Below are positions 25,988 to 34,984 of a DNA stretch of 38,617 bases, piece after piece. Source of the DNA: an uncultured Cytophagia bacterium (GTDB lineage Bacteria; Zhuqueibacterota; Zhuqueibacteria; Oleimicrobiales; Geothermoviventaceae); the NCBI GenBank assembly GCA_964464205.1, contig CAYXFI010000003.1, positions 1 to 38,617 on the forward strand, given 5' to 3'. Each line of letters starts with the position of its first letter. The stretch's first letter is position 1. Position numbers and translations under genes: made by a program. The notes beneath the pieces are model-generated. The model was not told the DNA's origin and did not search any database. It worked only from the letters and a program-made list of their open reading frames with translations.

Positions 25988-28270
25988 CTACCTCGAAGCT
26001 GCGGCGCGAGCACGTTCCACCCGCTCAAGATCCTGCGCGTCGATCACGGCGATGGTGGCCATGTTGACAATTTCGCTCACGTCTGAGCCACGCTGTAGCA
26101 CATGAACCGACTTGCGCATTCCCATCAGGATCGGGCCAATGGCTTCCGCGCCGCCGAGACGCATGAGCAACTTGTAGGCGATGTTGCCGGATTCAAGATC
26201 GGGGAAAATCAGTACATTCGCCCCGCCCTTGACGCGGCAGAACGGGTAGGTTTCGTCCACGATCTCGGGTACAACGGCCGTGTCGGCCTGCATCTCGCCG
26301 TCAATGATCAGGTTGGGATCGCGTTGTCGAGCGATCTCCACCGCCTGAGCCACCTTCTCCGAAAGCGGATGTCGGGTGCTACCGAAATTGGAGAACGAGA
26401 GCATGGCCACTTTGGGCTCGATGTCGAAGCGCCGTGCCGTTTCGGCCGACAGGATGGCAATCTCCGCCAGATCTTCCGCCGTGGGTTCGATGTTCACCGT
26501 GGTGTCCGCGAGGAACATCACCCGGTCTTTCCACAGCAAAACATAGAGGCCCGCCACCCTGTGCACGCCTTCCCGCATGCGGATGATCTGGAGCGCGGGT
26601 CGCACCGTATCGGGATAGTGCATCGTGAGGCCAGCCACCACCGCATCGGCGTCGCCCATGTGGACCATCATCGGGCCCATGACCCGCGGTAGAGTCAACA
26701 GTTCCCGCGCCTCCACTTTCGTCATGCCTTTGCGATGGCGCAGATGCCACAGCTCCTCCACGTACTCCTCGAAGCGCGGGTGTTTCTCCGGCTCGATGAT
26801 CGTCGCCGTCCGCAGATCGAGTCCCAGTTCCCCAATGCGCTGCTCGATGATTTCCCTGTCGCCCAGCAGGATCGGAAAGGCGATCTTTTCGTCCTCGAGG
26901 ATCTGACTAGCTCGCAGGATGCGATCGTGTTCTCCTTCGGGGAACACCACCCGCTTGGGATCGCGCTTCGCTTTGTTGATCATGAAGCGCATCACCTCGC
27001 GGCGTTTGCCGAGGCGCGCCTCCAGCTTCTCGCGGTACTCGTCGATGTCGATCCAAATGCGCGCAACCCCAGTGCGCATCGCCGCCTCCGCCACAGCCGG
27101 GGCTTCCCAGAGGAGAACACGCGGGTCGAAAGGTTTGGGGATGATGTACTCGGGACCAAACTCGATGCGCTCCACGTCGTAGGCGCGGCACACCGACTCC
27201 GGTACATCCTCCTTGGCCAGAGCCGCCAGGGAGCGAGCGGCTGCGACTTTCATCTCATCGTTGATCGCCCGCGCTCGCACGTCCAGCGCACCGCGGAAGA
27301 TGAAGGGGAAGCCGAGCACGTTGTTCACTTGATTGGGGTAGTCCGACCGGCCGGTGGCCATGATCACGTCGTCGCGAGCCGCTTTGGCGTCCTCGTAGGT
27401 GATCTCCGGATCCGGATTGGCCATCGCAAAAACGATCGGCTTGTCGGCCATCGACCGGACCATCTCCTTGGTCACACAGTTCGCCACCGACACACCCACG
27501 AAGACGTCCGCCCCTACCATCGCCTCCTCGAGGGTGCGCAGGTCCGTCTCAACGGCCCAGCGTTCCTTGTACTTGTTCATCCGCTCCTTACGGCCCTTGT
27601 AGATCACCCCTTTGGAATCGCACATGATGATGTTCTCTTTCTTGACGCCGAGAAGCAGGTAGAGCTCGGCGCAGGCGATTCCGGCTGCCCCCGCCCCGTT
27701 GATCACGATCTTCACATCCTCGATCTTCTTGCCCTGGAGCTCCACTGCGTTCAGCAAAGCCGCTCCCGAGATGATGGCGGTTCCGTGCTGATCGTCGTGG
27801 AAGACGGGGATGTTCAGTGTCTCTTTGAGGGTCTCCTCGATGTAGAAGCACTCGGGAGCCTTGATGTCTTCCAGATTGACGCCGCCGAAGGTGGGCTCCA
27901 GAAGCTGGCAGACCCGGATCACGTCGTCCGGGTCCTTCGAATTCACCTCAATGTCGAAGACGTCAATGTCGGCGAAACGCTTGAACAGCACGCCCTTGCC
28001 TTCCATTACGGGCTTGCCCGCCAGTGGCCCGATGTCGCCAAGGCCCAGCACGGCGGTTCCGTTGGTCACCACGGCAACGAGGTTCCCCTTGGCAGTGTAC
28101 TCGTACACCTGATCTGGGTCGCGCGCGATCTCACGGCACGGCTCCGCCACCCCGGGGGTGTACGCGAGCGACAGGTCCCTCTGAGTGAGGCAGGGCTTTG
28201 TGGCCACCACTTCCAACTTGCCCTTGCGATCGCGCGAATGGTACTCCAGGGCTTCTTCCTTTCGAATCAT
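25988..28270 (-). CDS. maeB: NADP-dependent malic enzyme with C-terminal phosphotransacetylase-like domain
   Basis: [62 protein letters not shown] domain VFPEGE...DGEMQAD. Confidence 0.97.
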   Translation of the reverse strand: MIRKEEALEYHSRDRKGKLEVVATKPCLTQRDLSLAYTPGVAEPCREIARDPDQVYEYTAKGNLVAVVTNGTAVLGLGDIGPLAGKPVMEGKGVLFKRFADIDVFDIEVNSKDPDDVIRVCQLLEPTFGGVNLEDIKAPECFYIEETLKETLNIPVFHDDQHGTAIISGAALLNAVELQGKKIEDVKIVINGAGAAGIACAELYLLLGVKKENIIMCDSKGVIYKGRKERMNKYKERWAVETDLRTLEEAMVGADVFVGVSVANCVTKEMVRSMADKPIVFAMANPDPEITYEDAKAARDDVIMATGRSDYPNQVNNVLGFPFIFRGALDVRARAINDEMKVAAARSLAALAKEDVPESVCRAYDVERIEFGPEYIIPKPFDPRVLLWEAPAVAEAAMRTGVARIWIDIDEYREKLEARLGKRREVMRFMINKAKRDPKRVVFPEGEHDRILRASQILEDEKIAFPILLGDREIIEQRIGELGLDLRTATIIEPEKHPRFEEYVEELWHLRHRKGMTKVEARELLTLPRVMGPMMVHMGDADAVVAGLTMHYPDTVRPALQIIRMREGVHRVAGLYVLLWKDRVMFLADTTVNIEPTAEDLAEIAILSAETARRFDIEPKVAMLSFSNFGSTRHPLSEKVAQAVEIARQRDPNLIIDGEMQADTAVVPEIVDETYPFCRVKGGANVLIFPDLESGNIAYKLLMRLGGAEAIGPILMGMRKSVHVLQRGSDVSEIVNMATIAVIDAQDLERVERARAAASR

Positions 28271-28528
28271 GATGGTACACTCCAGATTAGTCGAATTTCC
28301 AATTCAAAGCAGCCCAATGCGTTGAAGACACACTACACCGTGTGCGGGCCCTACCACCCGCCTTCCGGTCGAAAAGTAGCGATCTCCCTCAGTCCCGTGG
28401 AAAACGAAAAGCGCGACGAAGCAGTCGCTGCGGGATCCCCCGCCGAGCCTTCGAATTCAACTTGCCCGGCCGTCTCCAACCGGTTTGGACCTCGCTGGCT
28501 GAGCCCACTGCCTCAAACGCGACGAGGT

Positions 28529-28557
28529 AATTTACACCAGGCAACCGACTCCCGCAA
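28529..28557 (-). promoter_or_regulatory. Sigma-70-like promoter upstream of maeB
   Basis: Minus strand TTGCGG-N17-TAAATT, implying a ~250-nt leader. Confidence 0.45.
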
Positions 28558-28759
28558 CAACTATTTCGCCCGGCTGCAGGCAACAGCGTGAATCAAGTCT
28601 TCCCAGCCCATGGGTGAGGAAGATGTTTCGGCCGAAAAGGTGTAAGGGAGCGTCGCGGCAGACAGTGCGACCGGCGGGGAACATGCGCCAGCTTGGGTAG
28701 CCAGGGTCCATACTTTCGCTAGCTGAGTCCCGACGGACGAACGCCCGAGGCCCTTGGAA

Positions 28760-29648
28760 ACAGGTCGCACGGAGGCCACGCCCTCGAACAACGGAGACAG
28801 GCGCTCACCCGCATCCGAAGATAATTGGGGGCACGGCCGGAGACCATCCCTCCGGGTACCAGGGGCCACCCCCATTGCCGTCCCGTTTCGCGGAAACTTG
28901 ACCGGAGCGAAGCTGGAGGCTCCGAACCAGCCGACCGCGCAAGTCCGGGGGCAGGCGTTCCTGGGTCCGCGTCGTCTTGGGCCGGGGAATGCAGCGGCGA
29001 AGCCTGGGCGTCCGTGGTATTGGTGTGATGAGATGCGGCGGATGGACACAGACCGGCCCACTCGTACCTTCTCGCCCGCAGAGAGAGATCGGAGGTCGGA
29101 CGGGAACCCGGCCGCCCAGCTTCCGAGGCAGGTGCTCCTCCGCGCCGTGGCAGTCTCGCACGAGGTATTCGGCGTGCGATGCCCGCCGCAGGTCGGGCGG
29201 GAGCCCGACCCTCCGACGCCATCCACGGAACGGGTCACGCGGAGGCCTCCTGGCGAGTGGAACCAGCCGGGCATAGAGACGCAGGCGGGCGCCGGCAACC
29301 TCGGTGGAACGCACCAGGGAAAATGACAAACCGTGAGCAACGGTGGCAGCAGGGCATTGCGCCCGCGACGCGGGGGAGACGCAGGTCCGTCAGGAACCGA
29401 GATCCTCCGGACCCGGAGGCCGGCCGCCCGCGTGGGCGGTGCGCTCCCAGTACCTACGGAGACTCGCCAAGGGAAAGGCATCCGACGGCCTGGCGGGCTG
29501 TCCCGCAGCGAGCCGAGCCAGAGGTGCGCCACCGCCTGGCTCGACGCAGCGGGCCAAGCCCAGCGGGCCCGCGATCAGGTGGGTCGACGTAGCAATCCCG
29601 CCCCCCGCTTCGCGGGGCGTAGGTCCGGCGGGAGCCGGACCCTCCGAC
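28760..29648 (+). repeat. Cluster of ~30-nt palindromic REP-like repeats (best copy GTAGGTCCGGCGGGAGCCGGACCCTCCGAC)
   Basis: Best copies 29188-29217 and 29619-29648 are 27/30 identical with a compensatory stem change. Degenerate copies near 28760, 28827, 28896, 29091 and 29381, plus an inverted partial copy ending at 29457. Confidence 0.65.
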
Positions 29649-29881
29649 CTTCTGCTTCCGTCCTTGCCAATCAGGGAAGTTTCGTGAGATACCGGAGACA
29701 CCTGCGAGAAACTCTCACAGACCGCAGAGCGCGGACAAGGCATAAGGTCCCTCGGGAGCGCCAGAAAAGTACCACTTCAAGAACGGCCGGGCAGCTTGCA
29801 CAAAACGATCTGCCCCCGGTTGGGGAAGTTCATTCAGTCCCAGAATTTCAACTGGCTGGATACGTGCGCTCGTGGCATGTG

Positions 29882-30325
29882 TTAGTTTGAATGACTCTGG
29901 CACCTGACAACCACCTCGGGCGAAAGGCAGTTTCGGGCGTCCTCCGCCCCAAGCTCTGCGTCCCCCGCATCGCTGCGGTTTGATGTCCCCTTCATGAACC
30001 TACTATTCAAATCCTCGCTACGGTCAGCCAACTCCTGAACTTCCTCAATCAGCAACCGCAGACTGTCGATCACGGAGCGAATCTGCCGGGCCGCCGCGTA
30101 TCCTCTCGAGTCCTGGCTGTGGCAGGCCGCGCAGATCGACTCCTCGTGTACGCCAACCATCTCGTCCGTTGGACGCTTGATTTCGTGATTCCCATGGCAA
30201 AACTCGCACTCGGCGATTCCCATGCGCTCAAAGGCGGGTTTGTGGGGGCTCTGTTGAAAATACTCGTCGTTGGCAGGGTGACACTGACCGCACACGCGGC
30301 TGATGCTGGAGATTCCGGGCGGCGC
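29882..30325 (-). pseudogene. Multiheme cytochrome c fragment (three CxxCH motifs)
   Basis: CGQCH, CEFCH and CAACH followed by a helical segment. No start or signal peptide; joined directly to cytochrome b sequence. Confidence 0.75.
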
Positions 30326-30630
30326 AGGTGCCAGAGGATCCGCTTTGACTCCCAGCTCCCAGGGCGGATGGCGGCAAGTGCGATCAGGATGGCAAAGCCG
30401 ATCAGCCACCCCACCAGGTCGCGCAGGACGAAATTCGGAAAGAAAGAGATCTCCCTGGGTTTCTGGCCGCTCTTCTCCACGTTCGGCGGCACACTCATCC
30501 CCTGCAGCCGAATCACCGCGAGGTGAAAACCCAGCACCAGCATGATAACCGCCGGCAGGACGGCCACGCGGAACCCGAATAGCCGCGTCAAAGTGCCGCC
30601 GGTCACGTCTTCGCCGCCACGACGGAGCCC
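30311..30630 (-). pseudogene. Cytochrome b (bc-complex, QcrB/PetB-like) internal fragment, frameshifted
   Basis: RGGEDVTGGTLTRLFGFRVAVLP...FHL...FFPNFVLRDLVGW, then a frame change near 30365 to PWELGVKADPLAPAPPGI. N-terminus and PEWY region are missing. Confidence 0.8.
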
Positions 30631-30661
30631 GACCGCACCGGAATCAACCCGGGCAACGGAG

Positions 30662-31174
30662 GGCTCCGGACCCCGACTTCGCTGGGGTTTGGCCGAGCCG
30701 TCGCACACATTCGAGTCAGCTTGCTCCTCCCTTCCCGCTGCCGGCCCGGGCGCTGTCAGTCGACCCCACTGATGCCCGGCTCGCTGGCAATGGTTTGCCA
30801 TCCGGACATGGCCTGGACTGCCCCACCGGGGCCGTAGACGCGGACGTGCGCTCCTCCTCGACGATTCGACCACGGGCACCCAGCCCGACGCAGTCGTCCG
30901 CCCACGGAGGCCGACTCGTCACCCCCGTGCCTTGCGTCGTCGCGCAGGATTGCTTCCCCTGCGGCCGAGCAGGTAGCCGCCGCTCTCCTCTCAGTGCAAA
31001 CCAGTGGCCGGCTCGTGATTCAAGTCGAGGTTTCGCAGTGGAACGGGAGGAACACCCCCCTCACACCCGGTCTGGTCACCCAAGCCTCACGACTCGAACG
31101 AACACCCAAGCCCCCTCGACCACCCTCCGCGGCTGCCCCGGCGGAGCCCCAGCAAACCGGGGTCCGCCGGAGCC
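30662..31174. repeat. Pair of related hairpin repeats in inverted orientation (30662-30695 and 31139-31174) flanking ~440 nt of non-coding DNA
   Basis: GGCTCCGG---ACCCCGACTTCGCTGGGGTTTGGCCG versus the reverse complement GGCTCCGGCGGACCCCGGTTT-GCTGGGGCTCCGCCG: 28 of 37 columns match by hand alignment. Confidence 0.45.
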
Positions 31175-31194
31175 AGGGTACAGATGAAGTGCGA

Positions 31195-32634
31195 CTACTT
31201 GGTGATCTTCTTCAAGATTGTGCGCATGGCAGGGACGGGGATTTCTCCGGCGAATTCCACCACTTCCACATCGGCCAGACGGCGCAGATCCTCCGCCACC
31301 GTGTTCCGGTCGCCGATCACCAGCAGGGCGAACCGATCCCGGTTGAGAAGATCTTTCGCGGCGCTCGCCAGCGTGGTCGGGTTCAGGTTGTTGATCTGCT
31401 GCACCATCGCCTCGGGCCGGGTGGGGTCGATCCCGCACGCCTGCCACGTCAGAATCGTGCGCGTGAGGGCGGTCCCGCTGGTCATGGTCAGCATCATCTT
31501 GTTCAGCAGGTGGGCTTTGGCGAGCGTCAACTCCTCTTCAGTCACCCCTTCGGTAGCCACGCGCGTCATGACGTCGGTCACCCGGTCGATGACCGCCTGC
31601 GTCTCCTTGCCGTGGCACATCGCACCGATGCGGAAGGCGCTAACCGCCCCAGGCTGCACTGCCGCCGCGATGTGGTAGCAACCCTTGATCTCCGACGCCA
31701 CGTCACGGCTCAAACGCGCGTACTGGCCGCCGCCGAGTATGTCGGCCAGCGCCAGAGCAGCCACGAAGTTTTCCGTGCCCACGCCCTTCAGCGGTCGGAC
31801 CATGCAAATGTGGGTGATGTTGGCACCGGTGCGGTTCACCAACCGCACACGAAGCTGCTGATTCGGCTGCGGGGTAGAAACCGTGGTGGCGCCCAACCCG
31901 GCCTTGGCCCAGCGGGTGAAGTACTTCTTGGTCACCGCCACCGCGTCGATGCCGTTGAGATCGCCGATGACCGCAATCGTGGTGTTGTTCGACCCGTAGT
32001 AGTTCCGGTGGAACGTGGTTAGATCCTTGGTGGTGATGTTGTTCAGGCTGGCTTCAGTACCGAGGACGGCGGTAGCGTAAGGATGGTTGGCAAAGGCGAA
32101 ATCGTACACATTGCGGTTGAGCACGTAGCGCACGTCCGTGGATCGCTCGCGCAGCATCGCCACGGTGCGCGTCCGGATCATCTCCAGGGTCTTCGAGTCC
32201 AGTCTCGGCGACTTGAGCGCAGGCTGGATCAGGGCCAGAAGCTCGTTGATGCGCTCGGACGGCAAGCGGAAGAGGAAGAGGGTCGCATCGCGCGTGACCT
32301 CGAGCTGGGTGTCTCCGCAGATCCGGGCCAGTTGGGCCGCGAACTTGTCTGGCTCCATCGTGTTGCTGCCGGTGAGCACGGCGTTAGCCACAATGTTGGC
32401 CAGTCCCGCCTTGCCGGCTGGATCGTCCGCACTCCCAGCCCGAATCATGATGCCGACGGTGATGATGCCGTTGTCCTGAATGTCGCCGGTCAGGATGGTG
32501 AGGTTGTTGTCCAGAGTGGTGCGCTGAATGGTGGGGATCCACTTCTGCGTCGTCGTAGCACACAAGCCCGGAGAGATCGTCACGATCAGAGCGACGAAGA
32601 GGATCATCGTCACTGGCAGCGCTCTTGCTCTCAT
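31195..32634 (-). CDS. Secreted M16 (pitrilysin/insulinase) family peptidase homolog, catalytically inactive type
   Basis: Signal peptide, LDNNL, RAGSADDPAGKAGLA then NIVAN where HxxEH is expected, HPYA...GTEASL, FHRNYY, ILGGG...RL. SD AGGAGG before ATG 32634. Confidence 0.85.
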   Translation of the reverse strand: MRARALPVTMILFVALIVTISPGLCATTTQKWIPTIQRTTLDNNLTILTGDIQDNGIITVGIMIRAGSADDPAGKAGLANIVANAVLTGSNTMEPDKFAAQLARICGDTQLEVTRDATLFLFRLPSERINELLALIQPALKSPRLDSKTLEMIRTRTVAMLRERSTDVRYVLNRNVYDFAFANHPYATAVLGTEASLNNITTKDLTTFHRNYYGSNNTTIAVIGDLNGIDAVAVTKKYFTRWAKAGLGATTVSTPQPNQQLRVRLVNRTGANITHICMVRPLKGVGTENFVAALALADILGGGQYARLSRDVASEIKGCYHIAAAVQPGAVSAFRIGAMCHGKETQAVIDRVTDVMTRVATEGVTEEELTLAKAHLLNKMMLTMTSGTALTRTILTWQACGIDPTRPEAMVQQINNLNPTTLASAAKDLLNRDRFALLVIGDRNTVAEDLRRLADVEVVEFAGEIPVPAMRTILKKITK

Positions 32635-32871
32635 GGCTAACCTCCTGTTAGCTTCTCCCTTCCCGGTGTTACCCCAACGCCTCGTGCGTCCTAGCCTGCC
32701 TCCCCTACCCACACCCGCCCGGAAGTCCTTTCCGGTCCGGCCGTGCCCAAAAGCGTGCCAGTCCGATGGACACCCATCGCCGCGGAAGGGTGGTCATTCC
32801 CCCTCGCTTGATCCTACGCGCTCACCTCCTCTCGAGCTAACCCACTACTCCCAAGATCCAGGCTGTTCACC

Positions 32872-32899
32872 AAACTACGCGCCGGCCGTACAAAGTCAA
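32872..32899 (-). promoter_or_regulatory. Possible sigma-70 promoter for the M16 gene
   Basis: Minus strand TTGACT-N16-TAGTTT in an AT-richer patch. Confidence 0.35.
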
Positions 32900-33454
32900 A
32901 TGAAATGTCGGACGACAACTTTTATCTCACTTAACGATTCCAACAGCGGGCCAACGACTCCGGCTGCATTCGCAGGCACTGGAGGGCTACGCAGCGGCCG
33001 AGGGCCCCCGCCCGGAACGCCCGTAATGCACCGCGCCTCGACGAGCAGCGGGTCGGTCCCCACCGCGCAGAAAGGCCCCGGCCTCACTCCGGGAAAGATT
33101 GCCCCGGTGGGTCCCGATCGCCCGGAGAGAAACTGTGGGCAATCGGGACTCTGCAGCCGGGGTCAGGCGGGAAACCCGCGACCACCGAACGAAATCGGAC
33201 CGAGCGCGGACTGCACGCCGCCCCCGATTTGGCTCAGCGCGCACCGCCACAACCGGAGCTCCGGGCCCAACTGCCCCACAGCCGGTAGCTAGGGACCCTC
33301 CCAGAACGACGCTCTCACGTCGCGTGTGACCGGGGATTTTGCGTGGCAATTGACCTCCCGCCTGCGTAAATTCCGCCGACAGCCCGACGCCGGTGGCTCT
33401 ACTCGTCGTACGCTGAGATCCTGCGCACACTGGGATCACCGGGAGAAACGGCCC

Positions 33455-34822
33455 GTGAGTAGCTCGCTCATCCCGCTTGCCGCGTTGGCCCTGGTTTTCT
33501 TCGCGGCCGGGGTCACCTCTTTGGGCGAAGCGGAACGCAGGGCGGGGTTCCTGTTCTTCGCGTTGGCGCTCGGTGTCCTCGGGTGGCTCTGGCTGGTCGC
33601 AAAATGGTCCCCGCTTCACCCGTGGATCGATCGGGCCACGCTCCTCGCACTCGGCCTGGGAGGCCTCGCACTGTGCACACCCTTCGATCCCGCTAGCAAG
33701 AAAGTCCGGCTGCCTCATCCTCCGCCCCGCACGGTGGACGAGCGAGACATCCCCTTCAGCCGTCGTCGGCTCGTCCCAGGCACTGATCGCTTCCGAGTCT
33801 ACTACTCCGAGCATCCTGAGAAGAAGCAGGCCGACGCGGCCTGGCGTTCGAAACCGGGATTGCTGTCCAGACAGGCCCCCCTGTACCGACCCCCGTGGTT
33901 CGAGGCAGCCGAAGCGAGCTTCGACACCATCGAGGCGTTGCATCCCTTTGTAGACGGCCCCACGAGCAGGTATCGTCAGCCTCTGACACCTCGCGCCAGC
34001 ACCGACTTCGTGAAGACCTGGCTCCTCCGTTCGGGTGCGCACTCGGTGGGCATCACCCGCCTGCACGAGTACCACCTGTACACCCACCGCGGCCGGCAGG
34101 AACCGTGGGGCGAACCCATTCCCCGGAGACACGCCTGGGCGATTGCCTTCACCGTGGAGATGAACCGCGACACGCTGAGCTACGCGCCCCAGGCACCTAC
34201 GGTTCTCGAATCCGCCGACCAATACCTGCGCTCCGGCACCATGGCGGTGAAACTGGCGTGGATGATCCGCAAGCTTGGCTACTCCGCTCGCGCTCACGTC
34301 GACGGAAACTACGAAGTCATTTGCCCCCTGGTGGCTCGCGACGCGGGACTCGGCGAGATCGGGAGGATGGGCCTGCTGATCACGCCCAGGCTGGGTCCGA
34401 GGGTGCGCATTGCCGTGGTCACGACCGATCTCCCCCTCTTACCCGACAGCCCTACCGCCGACGCCACCGTGATCGATTTCTGCCGGCGCTGCCAGAAGTG
34501 CGCGGACGGGTGCCCTGCTCAGGCGATCCCCTACGGTGACCGGCAGGAGATTGAGGGGTCGCTACGCTGGAAGATCGACGCCGAAGCGTGCTTCACGTAT
34601 TGGAACGCAGTGGGCACGGATTGCGCTCGCTGCGTGCGCCTTTGCCCCTATTCGCACCCGGACAACTGGCTCCACCGCACAGTCCGGTGGGGCGTTCGGC
34701 ACTCGAGCCTGTTCCGGCGAGCAGCCGTTCCGCTGGACGATCTGTTCTACGGCAAGAAACCAGCGCCCCGCTCCCTGAACTCGGCATTCGCAGCGGAAGA
34801 GTCCGCCGGCGGCGACACTTGA
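33455..34822 (+). CDS. Reductive dehalogenase-domain (cobalamin / 2x4Fe-4S) protein with N-terminal transmembrane helices
   Basis: Start reassigned to GTG 33455 after GGGAG. About three hydrophobic helices, then GAHSVGI, AIAFTVEM, LGYSARAH, AGLGEIGRMGLLITPRLGPRVR...TTDLPL, FCRRCQKCADGCP and C-x10-CARCVRLCP. Confidence 0.85.
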   Translation: MSSSLIPLAALALVFFAAGVTSLGEAERRAGFLFFALALGVLGWLWLVAKWSPLHPWIDRATLLALGLGGLALCTPFDPASKKVRLPHPPPRTVDERDIPFSRRRLVPGTDRFRVYYSEHPEKKQADAAWRSKPGLLSRQAPLYRPPWFEAAEASFDTIEALHPFVDGPTSRYRQPLTPRASTDFVKTWLLRSGAHSVGITRLHEYHLYTHRGRQEPWGEPIPRRHAWAIAFTVEMNRDTLSYAPQAPTVLESADQYLRSGTMAVKLAWMIRKLGYSARAHVDGNYEVICPLVARDAGLGEIGRMGLLITPRLGPRVRIAVVTTDLPLLPDSPTADATVIDFCRRCQKCADGCPAQAIPYGDRQEIEGSLRWKIDAEACFTYWNAVGTDCARCVRLCPYSHPDNWLHRTVRWGVRHSSLFRRAAVPLDDLFYGKKPAPRSLNSAFAAEESAGGDT

Positions 34823-34984
34823 GAAGGCGCGCACGAGCAACTGCTTCGGAGCTACCGGTCGAAGAGCTCCGTGATGAAGCCTCCCGCGTAAGCCGCGGAA
34901 GGCCGAAAGACGCTTTGTTCAGTACTTCTCTCGCCACTGATTGCCTACTGTTGCAATCGATCACGTAAACGTAAGGGGACGAAC

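Noticed and set aside
26735-28591. 618-aa plus-strand ORF
   Set aside because: Antisense shadow of maeB.
28723-28742. Hammerhead ribozyme-like CTGA-GTCC-CGAC-GGAC-GAAC
   Set aside because: Lacks the full CUGANGA core and GAAA, and stems I and III could not be formed.
28760-29648. Formal CRISPR array call
   Set aside because: Repeats are too degenerate, spacing is irregular (67-238 nt), one copy is inverted, and there is no AT-rich leader or cas gene. Kept only as an alternative hypothesis.
28561-29890. Overlapping 100-320 aa ORFs on both strands
   Set aside because: Arg/Pro/Gly-rich, no RBS or recognisable domains; better explained as non-coding repeat-containing DNA.
32746-32761. Sigma-54-like TGGCACG upstream of the M16 gene
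   Set aside because: The -12 position reads GG rather than GC at the required spacing.
32940-33454. Canonical cobalamin riboswitch
   Set aside because: Only isolated words (GGGAA, ACTGT) are present, with no B12-box or correct motif order.
33455-34822. Annotation as epoxyqueuosine reductase QueG
   Set aside because: N-terminal TM helices and the short C-x10-CxxCxxxCP spacing fit RdhA-like proteins better. Not excluded without an HMM search.
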